Shown here: positions 16,155-24,677 of the stretch, piece after piece
Layout of the letters: the number at the start of each line of letters is the position of its first letter
Position numbering within the stretch: position 1 is the first letter of the stretch
Source: a virus
Lineage: Duplodnaviria > Caudoviricetes
Strand: one strand, 5' to 3'
Virus record (IMG/VR): IMGVR_UViG_3300033067_000549
Span: 1 to 51,262 of that record
DNA: 51,262 bases
Notes under the pieces: generated by a model
What the model was told of the DNA's origin: nothing
What the model saw: the letters and a program-made list of their open reading frames with translations, nothing else
Databases searched by the model: none
Made by a program: the position numbers and the translations under genes

Positions 16155-17027
16155 ATGCCCGGTGCAGCGCCCCAAATCCAATATCGCCAAGAGTTCGTCC
16201 TCGGTTTTGCCAAGCGTCAGTCCCTCCTCAAGGACACGACCACCAAGGAGATGCAGGTCAAGGGCAATCAGGCCACGTTCCTCGTTGCCAACACCTCCGG
16301 CACGGCTTCCACCCGTGGCGTGAACGGCCTCATCCCTGCCTCTGACAACGACAACACGCAGGTCACCGCGACCCTTGCTGAAAAGCATGACCTGCGCCGC
16401 ATGACTGGTTTCAACATCTTCCAGTCACAGGCCGACCAGCGGGCCATCATGCAGATGAACACCATGTCCGTCATCAACAACGACATGGACGCGGCCATCC
16501 TTGCCGAACTCGCCAACGGCACCCTCGACACCGGGGCCACCGCCACCGCCGCCGCCTCCAGCGGCGCGATTGTCTCCAAGGCCATCGCGCAGTTGATCAA
16601 CAACGGTGTGCCGTGGGACGGCAACATCTTCGCCGTGGTCACCGCCGCCTTCATGGAGTACCTGTCCCAGCTTGCCGGTTTCGCCTCGGCTGACTACGTG
16701 AACGTCAAGCCGTTCGTGAACTACCCCGGCCAGAACGCGGGCAACGAGAAGGCCCCCGGCCAAGGCTGGTATGAGTGGAAGGGCGTCAAGTGGATTATGT
16801 CCTCGCAGATCAGCGGCGCGGGCACCAATGCCGAACTCTGCTACATGTACCACCGCTCGGCCATCGGCCATGCCGTCAACTCCGCTGGCATTGATAGCCA
16901 GATTGGCTACGACGGCGAGCAGGACTACTCGTGGGCTCGCTGCTCCCTGTTCCATGGTGCCAAGCTGCTTCAGAACACCGGCGTTGTCCGTATGCTCCAC
17001 GACGGCTCGGCCTTCGTGGCAACCTAA
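16155..17027 (+). CDS. major capsid protein
   Basis: 290 aa after the scaffold; strongly biased codons; QY..EF...F....S.L N-terminus; followed by a terminator. Confidence 0.88.
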   Translation: MPGAAPQIQYRQEFVLGFAKRQSLLKDTTTKEMQVKGNQATFLVANTSGTASTRGVNGLIPASDNDNTQVTATLAEKHDLRRMTGFNIFQSQADQRAIMQMNTMSVINNDMDAAILAELANGTLDTGATATAAASSGAIVSKAIAQLINNGVPWDGNIFAVVTAAFMEYLSQLAGFASADYVNVKPFVNYPGQNAGNEKAPGQGWYEWKGVKWIMSSQISGAGTNAELCYMYHRSAIGHAVNSAGIDSQIGYDGEQDYSWARCSLFHGAKLLQNTGVVRMLHDGSAFVAT

Positions 17028-17034
17028 TCACCGG

Positions 17035-17060
17035 GGGGAGGGTTCGCCCTCCCCTTTCCC
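17035..17060 (+). terminator. intrinsic terminator after the capsid gene
   Basis: GGGGAGGG-TTCG-CCCTCCCC-TTT. Confidence 0.75.
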
Positions 17061-17061
17061 G

Positions 17062-17093
17062 CTTCACCGCTTCACCCCTTCACCCCTTCAAAC
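17062..17093. repeat. 8-bp tandem repeat, four copies
   Basis: CTTCACCG CTTCACCC CTTCACCC CTTCAAAC. Confidence 0.8.
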
Positions 17094-17108
17094 TTTCAGG
17101 AGCCGCCC

Positions 17109-17396
17109 ATGGCTTACTCAACTTCCAACCCTCCTGTCCTCCTCTGCGGTCCCATCCACAGCGGTCAGGCCGGTCGCATCTGGTTTTACTCCTCAGCCGA
17201 CGCACTTTCGGTTGTCCGGGTCTCGGGCTATTTTTCCAACGGCTACGACCTCGGCATGAGGGCAGGCGACATCATTTTCATCGTGGACAACGATGCCTCG
17301 CCCATTGCGCTCTCGGTCTCCGTGGTCAACGCGGCGAGCGCCTCAGCCGTGGACATCGCCGATGGCACGGCACTTGCCTCGACCGACACCGACTAA
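17109..17396 (+). CDS. putative capsid decoration protein
   Basis: Follows the capsid gene; SGYFSNG.DLGMRAGDII motif. Confidence 0.7.
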   Translation: MAYSTSNPPVLLCGPIHSGQAGRIWFYSSADALSVVRVSGYFSNGYDLGMRAGDIIFIVDNDASPIALSVSVVNAASASAVDIADGTALASTDTD

Positions 17397-17432
17397 TTGC
17401 CGCTCGGCGCGGTTTTCTGTTATCGTCCGCAG

Positions 17433-17458
17433 AGGGCGGGGGTCTGCCCCGCCCTTTT
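17433..17458 (+). terminator. intrinsic terminator
   Basis: AGGGCGGGG-GTCTG-CCCCGCCCT-TTT. Confidence 0.6.
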
Positions 17459-17476
17459 GCATAGGAGAACGACACA

Positions 17477-17947
17477 ATGGCGAAAGCCGAAACCAAGCAG
17501 CCGGAAAGCGTCAAGCGCATCACTCACCCCCAGCGGCTCTATTTCCGCGACGGCGAGCGCATCGCCCGGGACGAGGCCATCATCCCCATGGGCCACACCC
17601 ATGATCAGGTCCTCAATGACCCGAACTACTTCACCCACAGCATGAAGCGGATTCGCCCGAACACGATTGTACGCTACATCGCCGAGGACTACTCGTTCGG
17701 TGGCGAGTTGCTCATCCCCCGCGTGATTGACGGCATGGCAAAGGCCATCTCGCTCACGTCATGGGAACGCGCCAACGCCGCCGAGGTGACCGAGATTTCT
17801 GACCTCTACAAGGTGACGACCGGCGCGACCGGCTTCCGCGTGGTCCTCAAGGCTACCGGAGCCGTGGTGAAGGACGGCCTTGCCACCAAGGCCGAGGCCT
17901 ACAACCACATGGCCGAACTCGAAACCAAGGCCCGCAAGGCCGCCTAA
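17477..17947 (+). CDS. hypothetical virion-module protein
   Basis: AGGAG RBS, typical codon usage. Confidence 0.75.
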   Translation: MAKAETKQPESVKRITHPQRLYFRDGERIARDEAIIPMGHTHDQVLNDPNYFTHSMKRIRPNTIVRYIAEDYSFGGELLIPRVIDGMAKAISLTSWERANAAEVTEISDLYKVTTGATGFRVVLKATGAVVKDGLATKAEAYNHMAELETKARKAA

Positions 17948-17965
17948 GACAACCGGGAGGGCCAG

Positions 17966-18613
17966 ATGGCAGTCACCAAACTCGACCTCTACAATCTGGC
18001 CCTCCTCGAATTGAAGGCCTCCCCGCTTGTGTCTTTGACCGAGGCCCGGGAGAGCCGCCGGGTTCTGGATGTCCACTATCCCCGGGTTCTGGCTTACATG
18101 CTGGAGCAAGGCTTCTGGAACTTCGCCATGCGAACGGTGGAGATCACACAGGACGCGACCATCACCCCCGCCTTTGGCTACAGCATGGCATTCAACAAGC
18201 CTACCGATTGGGTGAGGACCTTTGCCATCTCGCTCAATGAGCGGCTGGAGCCAATCCTTTCGCAGTACATCGAGGAGAGCAATCTCTGGTTTGCAGATGC
18301 CGGGCCGCTTTATGTCCGGTATGTCTCGAACTCGGTCTCCGGCTATGGCTATGACCTCACCCGATTCACCGAGCGCTACATCAAGGCATTCTACTTTGAA
18401 CTCGCGGCTCGCTCGTGCAGCAAGGTTGCCGGGTCCTCGGACGGCCTCAAGGATGACTTGGAAAAGAAGGCCAAGGGCTTTCTTGTCGAGGCTCAGCAAT
18501 TCGAGGCGCTCCGGGAGCCTGCCCAGATGCTCCCGCAAGGCCGCTGGAATGCCGGGCGCTTCGCCCGTGGTGGTGACAATGGCCGGTGGTCCGGCCCCTA
18601 CAGGACGCGCTAA
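17966..18613 (+). CDS. tail adaptor (tail tubular protein A-like)
   Basis: K.DLYNLAL..L, WNFA, F.KPTDWVR, F.FELAAR motifs. Confidence 0.85.
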   Translation: MAVTKLDLYNLALLELKASPLVSLTEARESRRVLDVHYPRVLAYMLEQGFWNFAMRTVEITQDATITPAFGYSMAFNKPTDWVRTFAISLNERLEPILSQYIEESNLWFADAGPLYVRYVSNSVSGYGYDLTRFTERYIKAFYFELAARSCSKVAGSSDGLKDDLEKKAKGFLVEAQQFEALREPAQMLPQGRWNAGRFARGGDNGRWSGPYRTR

Positions 18614-21327
18614 TGGCCCGGGAACGCACCTTTCTTTTCGCCTTGAACGGGGGCCTCGTGTCCCCTCTTGCGCTTGCCCGTACAGACCTCCAGCGCATGA
18701 GGCTCACGGCTGAAACATTCCACAACTGTTTCCCCCGGGTGATTGGCCCTCTCCAGTTCCGGCAGGGCCTCGAATATCTGGGCTCCACAAACGGCGATGC
18801 AGCCGCCCGGCAAATCCCTTTCATCTTCTCGGTCGATGACACGGCCATCATCGAACTTGCGGACCTGTCCCTCCGGGTTCTGGTCGATGACGCCGAGGTC
18901 TCCCGGGTGGCCGTGTCCACCACCATCACCAACGGGAACTTCTCCTCCGGCACCGGCTGGACCCTGACCACCACCGGCAGCGGGGTCGCCAACATCAATT
19001 CGACCGTGGCCGGAGCGCTTGTCCTCCAGACCCCGGCCCGGGGCGGCACGGCAAAGTGCGAGCGGTCCTTTTCCGTCTCGGCAGGAGACCAGCCCAAGGA
19101 ACACGCCATCCGCCTCACCGTCTCGGCTGGCACTGTCAGGTTCCGTCTCGGCTCCACGTCCGGGGGGCAGGAAATCCTCGCCGAGGCCGAGTATGCCGAG
19201 GGCGTCCACTCCCTCGCCTTCACCCCAAACACCGGGACCTGCTACATTCAACTTTCAGCCAAGTCCGAGACCATCGTGTCGGTTGACAGTATCGAGATTG
19301 AAGCGGCTGGCACCCTCACCCTCACGACGCCATGGGGTGCCGCTGACCTCCCGGCCATCCGCTACGAGCAATCCGGTGACGTTATCTTTGTGGCAGATGG
19401 CTCAAGCACCCCTTACCGCATTGAGCGGCGCGGCTCCCCGACATCTTGGTCTCTGGTCAAGTACAAATTCCGCAACGGCCCGTGGCGCGGCAAGACTGCC
19501 AACATCACACTCACCCCCTCGGCCCGCCTCGGCAATGGCACCCTCACCGCCTCGGCTCCCTTCTTTGTCCCCGGTCATGTCGGCGCTCTTTTCAAGCTGA
19601 CTCATTCACAGACCACGGCGGATGTCTCTCTCGCCGGTAATGACGTTTACACCGACCCCGTGAGAATCTCGGGGGTGTATCAAGGGACAACGCGGCAATG
19701 CACCATTGCCGTAACAGGTACGTGGGTCGGCACATGGTCGGAACAGGTCTCCTACGATGAAGGGGACACTTGGCAAAACTATGCCACCTACACCGCCAAC
19801 GCTGCGCCATTCGATCGCTACTATGGCGCGGACAACATAACCCTGCTTGCGCGAGTCGGTTTTCAGTCTGGTGACTACACCTCCGGCACCGCAAACATCG
19901 CTCTATCCCAGCCGGGCGGCGGCGGTACTGGCATCGTTCGCATCACCGGCTATTCATCCGCCACCTCGGTCACCTATGAAGTTGTGGAGCGCCTACACTC
20001 GACCGGCGCAACCGAAAATTGGGAGGAGGGCAAGTTCTCGGATTATCGGGGCTGGCCCGACTCAGTAGCCCTGTTTGAGAGCCGCCTTTGGTGGGGCTCC
20101 AGAGACCAAGTTGCCGGGTCCTATGTGGACGATTTCACCAACTACGATGTGGACGAGGAGGGAGACTCCGCGCCCATCATCCGGTCCATTGCCACCGGCC
20201 CGGTGAACAAGGTGCAATGGATGCTCGGCCTCGCCCGGCTGATTATCGGGACCTCCGGCGCGGAAAGCGTGGCCCGCTCCTCCAGCTTCGATGAACCAAT
20301 GAGCCCGACCAACTTCTCCATCAAGGACGCCTCGACCTACGGCTCGGCGGACCTGCAAGCCGTCAAGATTGACCGGGAGGGTTATTTTGTGCAGCGCTCC
20401 AGAAAGCGGGCCTATGTCCTGTCCTACTCGGTCGAGGCCAATGACTACGTGTCTCAGGAAATCAGCCGTTTCAACCCGACTATCCTCAACGCGGGAGTTG
20501 CCATTTGCGCGGTGCAGCGCATCCCGGACACCCGGATTTGGAATGTCATGGATGACGGCTCGGTGGTCTGCCTCACCTACGAAAAGACCGAGGACGTGAT
20601 TGCATGGACCACCTTCGAGACGGACGGCCTTGTCGAGGACGTGATGGTCCTCCCGAACACGGACGGGGATGACGTTTATTTCATCATCAACCGCACCATT
20701 GACGGCGTGACCAAGCGCTACCGGGAGCGCCTCACCTATGACACCGACGCCGTGGGCGGGGTCAACAACTACATGGCCGACTCCTTCAAGCATCAAACGG
20801 TCACGGCCTCGGCAACCGTCACCGGCCTCGACCATCTGGAGGGCAAGGACGTAGTGGTCTGGGCGGCGGGCGAGCCGTTGCTGGACGCAAACCAAGACCC
20901 GGCCACCTTCACCGTGACCAGCGGGGCAATCACCCTGCCGGAAGCGGTGACCGGCACTGTGATTGTGGGGCTGCCGTATGAGGGCCGGTGGAAGTCAACC
21001 AAGCTGGCCTATGCAGCCCAGACCGGGACCGCGATGTCCCAGCGAAAGACTATCGGGATGGTCGCGCCCATCCTCTACGCCACCCACAACAAGGCCGCCC
21101 TGTTCGGCACCTCGTTCACCGACTACATGGACCCTATCAGCCAATCGCTTGAGATGCAGGACCTCGGCGCGGCCATGCTCGACACCGACCGGGACTATGA
21201 TTATGACGCCTTCGCTCTCCCGGGAGAGTGGAGCCCGGACGCCCGGCTTTGCATCAAGTTCCGCGCCCCTCTCCCGGCCACGGTCCTCGGGATTGGTTTG
21301 TCAATCGAGGCCCATGAAAATGCCTAG
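18613..21327 (+). CDS. tail nozzle (tail tubular protein B-like)
   Basis: F.LNGG.VSP....RTD N-terminus, EQSGDVIF, GWP.SVALFESRLW, GLDHLEGKDV, VGLPY. Confidence 0.88.
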   Translation: MARERTFLFALNGGLVSPLALARTDLQRMRLTAETFHNCFPRVIGPLQFRQGLEYLGSTNGDAAARQIPFIFSVDDTAIIELADLSLRVLVDDAEVSRVAVSTTITNGNFSSGTGWTLTTTGSGVANINSTVAGALVLQTPARGGTAKCERSFSVSAGDQPKEHAIRLTVSAGTVRFRLGSTSGGQEILAEAEYAEGVHSLAFTPNTGTCYIQLSAKSETIVSVDSIEIEAAGTLTLTTPWGAADLPAIRYEQSGDVIFVADGSSTPYRIERRGSPTSWSLVKYKFRNGPWRGKTANITLTPSARLGNGTLTASAPFFVPGHVGALFKLTHSQTTADVSLAGNDVYTDPVRISGVYQGTTRQCTIAVTGTWVGTWSEQVSYDEGDTWQNYATYTANAAPFDRYYGADNITLLARVGFQSGDYTSGTANIALSQPGGGGTGIVRITGYSSATSVTYEVVERLHSTGATENWEEGKFSDYRGWPDSVALFESRLWWGSRDQVAGSYVDDFTNYDVDEEGDSAPIIRSIATGPVNKVQWMLGLARLIIGTSGAESVARSSSFDEPMSPTNFSIKDASTYGSADLQAVKIDREGYFVQRSRKRAYVLSYSVEANDYVSQEISRFNPTILNAGVAICAVQRIPDTRIWNVMDDGSVVCLTYEKTEDVIAWTTFETDGLVEDVMVLPNTDGDDVYFIINRTIDGVTKRYRERLTYDTDAVGGVNNYMADSFKHQTVTASATVTGLDHLEGKDVVVWAAGEPLLDANQDPATFTVTSGAITLPEAVTGTVIVGLPYEGRWKSTKLAYAAQTGTAMSQRKTIGMVAPILYATHNKAALFGTSFTDYMDPISQSLEMQDLGAAMLDTDRDYDYDAFALPGEWSPDARLCIKFRAPLPATVLGIGLSIEAHENA

Positions 21328-21685
21328 CCTCCGCCCCATGCGCCGGTCTGATATGGTGAAGGAGAGCCGGTTCATTGTGCCCAAGTTTGTCGGCGTTGTG
21401 ATTGTCCATGAGGGGCGAGACATCGGCTCCGGTTCGATTGTCTGGGGGGATGGGGGCAGGCCCTATCTCAGCATGGGAATCACAGACGAGTTCCGCAAGT
21501 TCCCGGTGTTCATGGTCAAGACCGCCAAGATGCTCATTGAGGCTTCCATGCAGGCCAATGGTGAACTCTACACGGTCGAGGACAAAGAGGAGCCAACGGC
21601 ACCGCGCCTGTTGGCGCACCTCGGGTTTATTGATACAGGGGAAACCATCCAAGGAGAGAGGGTTCTCAAATGGCAGAAGTCCTAG
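21320..21685 (+). CDS. GNAT-like virion assembly protein (T7 gp13 position)
   Basis: LRP......D start and RLLAHLGF end; synteny. Confidence 0.55.
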   Translation: MPSLRPMRRSDMVKESRFIVPKFVGVVIVHEGRDIGSGSIVWGDGGRPYLSMGITDEFRKFPVFMVKTAKMLIEASMQANGELYTVEDKEEPTAPRLLAHLGFIDTGETIQGERVLKWQKS

Positions 21686-22200
21686 CAGTTCTCGGCACCA
21701 TCGGCTCGCAGGTGATGAGTGCCGCCACCACGGCAGGCTCGTACCTCGCCGCAAACGCTGGCACCATCGGCACCGCGCTCTCGGTCGGGTCAACCGTCTA
21801 TGGCGGCCTCTCTGCCTACAAGCAGGGGAAAGACACCTCCAAGGCTTTGAAGGCCAAGGGCGAGCGCGAATTGGCGGTCTCTCAGAGGGAGGCCGAGCGC
21901 AAGCGCCGGGAGACACAGTTGCTCGTGTCCCGGCAGAACGCAATTGCCGGAGCCTCCGGGGCCGGAGCCACGGACCCCAGCGTCCTCGCCGTCATGGGCA
22001 AGACCAAGACGGAAGGCGACAACGCCGCCATGCTCGATATGTACAACGGCATGGTCAACAGGTCTGACCTCTACACCGAGGCCAACACGGTCAGGGGTGA
22101 GGGCAAGAGCAAGTTGTTCGGCACATTCCTCGATGCCGGAAGCACAATCTACAGCAGCCTCGCCCGCAAGAAGCGGACCTCCCTCGAATATAGCTACTAA
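21670..22200 (+). CDS. small internal virion (ejection) protein
   Basis: Gly/Ala-rich hydrophobic termini, Q.A..GASGA motif; synteny. Confidence 0.75.
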   Translation: MAEVLAVLGTIGSQVMSAATTAGSYLAANAGTIGTALSVGSTVYGGLSAYKQGKDTSKALKAKGERELAVSQREAERKRRETQLLVSRQNAIAGASGAGATDPSVLAVMGKTKTEGDNAAMLDMYNGMVNRSDLYTEANTVRGEGKSKLFGTFLDAGSTIYSSLARKKRTSLEYSY

Positions 22201-22211
22201 GGAGCCATCCC

Positions 22212-24674
22212 ATGCCGAGGATGCCGGACTGGACAGACGCCCCGCGCAACAGGGCCACCACCCCCAACGTGCCGCGCACCCCCAAGGATTTTGTGGGGGA
22301 GGCTGCCGGTCGCCTTGGCGAGACCATCGCCCGGGAGGCAGAGGCAAGCGAGGAGTTGAACCTGCGCATTGCCAAGCAACAGCGGAACGAGGGGCAGGCC
22401 CTCGAATATGCTGCCGCCAAGGCGGACTTTGCAAAGCGCCGCATCAACGAGGAGGACGGCTACCGCCCGGAGGTCAACCCACGTCTCGACAAGTGGGAAG
22501 GCCAATACACCAAGAACCTGACCAAGCACAAAGCGGCCTCGGCTGCGCTGATTTCAGACCCCAACCTCCGGCTCCGGTTCGAGTTCGAGGCGGACGAGGA
22601 CATCACGCGGGGCTCGGTCGGCTTGCGCGGCAAGGTCCGGGACTATCGCATGGGAGAGCAGCGAGCCCGGGGCTTGCAGGCCATCGAGGACACCCTCATC
22701 CTTGCAGCCAAGCCCGGCCTCCCTCAAGACGAGGTGAACCGCTTGTTCATCCGCGCCCGGGCTGACATCGACAACCTTGTCATGGCCGGGGTTATGACGC
22801 CCGAGCAGGCGGTCGAGCAGCGCCGCTCATTCTCCAAGAGGTTCGCCACGGCCAAGGTGCAGGAGGACATCCTCGCAGACCCGGGCAATGCCTACCGCAA
22901 CATCAAGGGCGGGGCCGCCGGTGAGGTGTACTACCGGAAACTTTTGGGGAAGGAGAACGCCTCCGGCTCCAACTACGCCCGGCCCAAGAAGCCCAACGGA
23001 GAGGATGCCAGTTCCGCGCTCGGGCGCTACCAGTTCACCACGGGAACATGGGCCGACGTGATGAAGGCCCACCCGGAACTCGGGCTCACGGCAGACGGGC
23101 GGACCAATGCCGACCAGCAGGAGCGGGCAATCCGCGCCTTCACCTCGGACAACGCGGCATTCCTCCAGAGCAAGGGCATTCCGGTCTCGGAGGCGACCCT
23201 CTACATGGCGCATTTCATGGGGGCAAAGGGGGCGGTGGATATGTTCAAGGCCGCGCCCGGGGCCAACGCTTCCGCCTTGTTCCCGGAATCAGCCAAGGCC
23301 AACCCCACAATCTTCTTTGCGGGCAAGGGCGAGAACATGCGCCCCCGGACGGTGGCCGAGGTCATCGCCCTCCAGACCAAGAACTTCTCGACACAGGACG
23401 CCCCGGCCCCAGCCTACTATGAGATGCTGGACCCCGAGGACCGGGTGAGGTTCTCGACCATGGCCGAGGCAGAGTATGCCTCCCGCGCCAAGGCCGAGAG
23501 GGAAGCCGACGCCCTCCAGAAGTACCAGACCAAGAGCCTCTTGGAGGATGACATCTCCCAGATTGCCAACACCGGCAAGCCGAGCGACATTGACCCCTCA
23601 CAGGTGGCCGCCGTCCTCGGGGAGGACGATGCCGTCAAATGGCTGGAGGACCGACAAAGCGCGGCCAACACTTTCGCCGCCGTTTCGGCCATGGACACCA
23701 TGACCAACGACCAGATTGAGGACCACCTCTCCAGTCTGGAGCCACAAGCCGGGGCTGCCAATTTCAAGGACGCCCAGAAAACCTATGACGCTGCCGAGCG
23801 CCGGGCCAAGAGCCTTCTGGACCTGCGCCTCAAGGACCCTGCCAAATCCGTAGAGGAGTCGGCGCTGGTCAACGAGGCCAAGAAGGGACTGGACCCGGCC
23901 CAGCCCCAGACGGTGCAGGCCCTCGCCCGCGCCCGGCTGGCAGCGCAAGAGCAGGTGGGCATCCCCAAAGCCATGCGCCAACCCGTCACCCGAGCCGAGG
24001 CCCGGCAGATCATCGCCCCGATTGAGAGGGTGATCGACATGACGGACGCGCAAATCGTGGCCGCCACCGGCTCCGCTGGGGCAGACAAAGCCGCTCGCAA
24101 GGCCTCAATCCGCGCCATCCACCGGCAGGCCGAGGAGGAAATCCGCAACACGGTTGACCAGATCGAGGCCGCGTATGGTCCCTATGCGGACCAAGTTCTC
24201 GCCTTCGCCATCGCGGAATCGGTGAGGGACAAGGAGATTGGGGACCTCGCCTCCCGGGTGTTCAAGAAGATTGCCTCCGGCCAGAGGGTCACCTCCAGCG
24301 ACACCGAGGGCCTCGACCAAGCCAACGAGGCCGCCACGGCAGACAAGGCCATGGGTGGGGATTTGAGGGGTCCGAGCCGCTCCCCCCCTCCCAAGCCCGC
24401 AGGAAGCCCCCAGACTGGCAACAGCGGTGGCAGGCCCGAACCTGCCGGGCAACCCCAGAAAGCCAGCGCTGCCCCCGGAAACGGGGCCGGGCGGGGCCAA
24501 AACGCCCGGGAGCAACAGGGCAAGCCGGAGCGCAAGCGCCCCACCGCCCGGGATGGGAAGCCTTGGCCTTCCCAAAAGGACGTGACCACCCTTCTCAAAA
24601 ATCCGAGTATGGCGGCTCAATTCGATAGGCTTTATGGACAGGGGGCCGCCGCCGAGTGGCTTCCGCAGGAGTAA
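22212..24674 (+). CDS. internal virion protein with lytic transglycosylase/lysozyme-like domain
   Basis: KENASG...SSALGRYQFTTGTW...LYMAHFMGAKGA...ANP. Confidence 0.85.
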   Translation: MPRMPDWTDAPRNRATTPNVPRTPKDFVGEAAGRLGETIAREAEASEELNLRIAKQQRNEGQALEYAAAKADFAKRRINEEDGYRPEVNPRLDKWEGQYTKNLTKHKAASAALISDPNLRLRFEFEADEDITRGSVGLRGKVRDYRMGEQRARGLQAIEDTLILAAKPGLPQDEVNRLFIRARADIDNLVMAGVMTPEQAVEQRRSFSKRFATAKVQEDILADPGNAYRNIKGGAAGEVYYRKLLGKENASGSNYARPKKPNGEDASSALGRYQFTTGTWADVMKAHPELGLTADGRTNADQQERAIRAFTSDNAAFLQSKGIPVSEATLYMAHFMGAKGAVDMFKAAPGANASALFPESAKANPTIFFAGKGENMRPRTVAEVIALQTKNFSTQDAPAPAYYEMLDPEDRVRFSTMAEAEYASRAKAEREADALQKYQTKSLLEDDISQIANTGKPSDIDPSQVAAVLGEDDAVKWLEDRQSAANTFAAVSAMDTMTNDQIEDHLSSLEPQAGAANFKDAQKTYDAAERRAKSLLDLRLKDPAKSVEESALVNEAKKGLDPAQPQTVQALARARLAAQEQVGIPKAMRQPVTRAEARQIIAPIERVIDMTDAQIVAATGSAGADKAARKASIRAIHRQAEEEIRNTVDQIEAAYGPYADQVLAFAIAESVRDKEIGDLASRVFKKIASGQRVTSSDTEGLDQANEAATADKAMGGDLRGPSRSPPPKPAGSPQTGNSGGRPEPAGQPQKASAAPGNGAGRGQNAREQQGKPERKRPTARDGKPWPSQKDVTTLLKNPSMAAQFDRLYGQGAAAEWLPQE

Positions 24675-24677
24675 GAT

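Noticed and set aside
17062-17093. Mini CRISPR array
   Set aside because: Units are 8 bp without spacers; no 25-45 bp repeat-spacer pattern found anywhere in the window.
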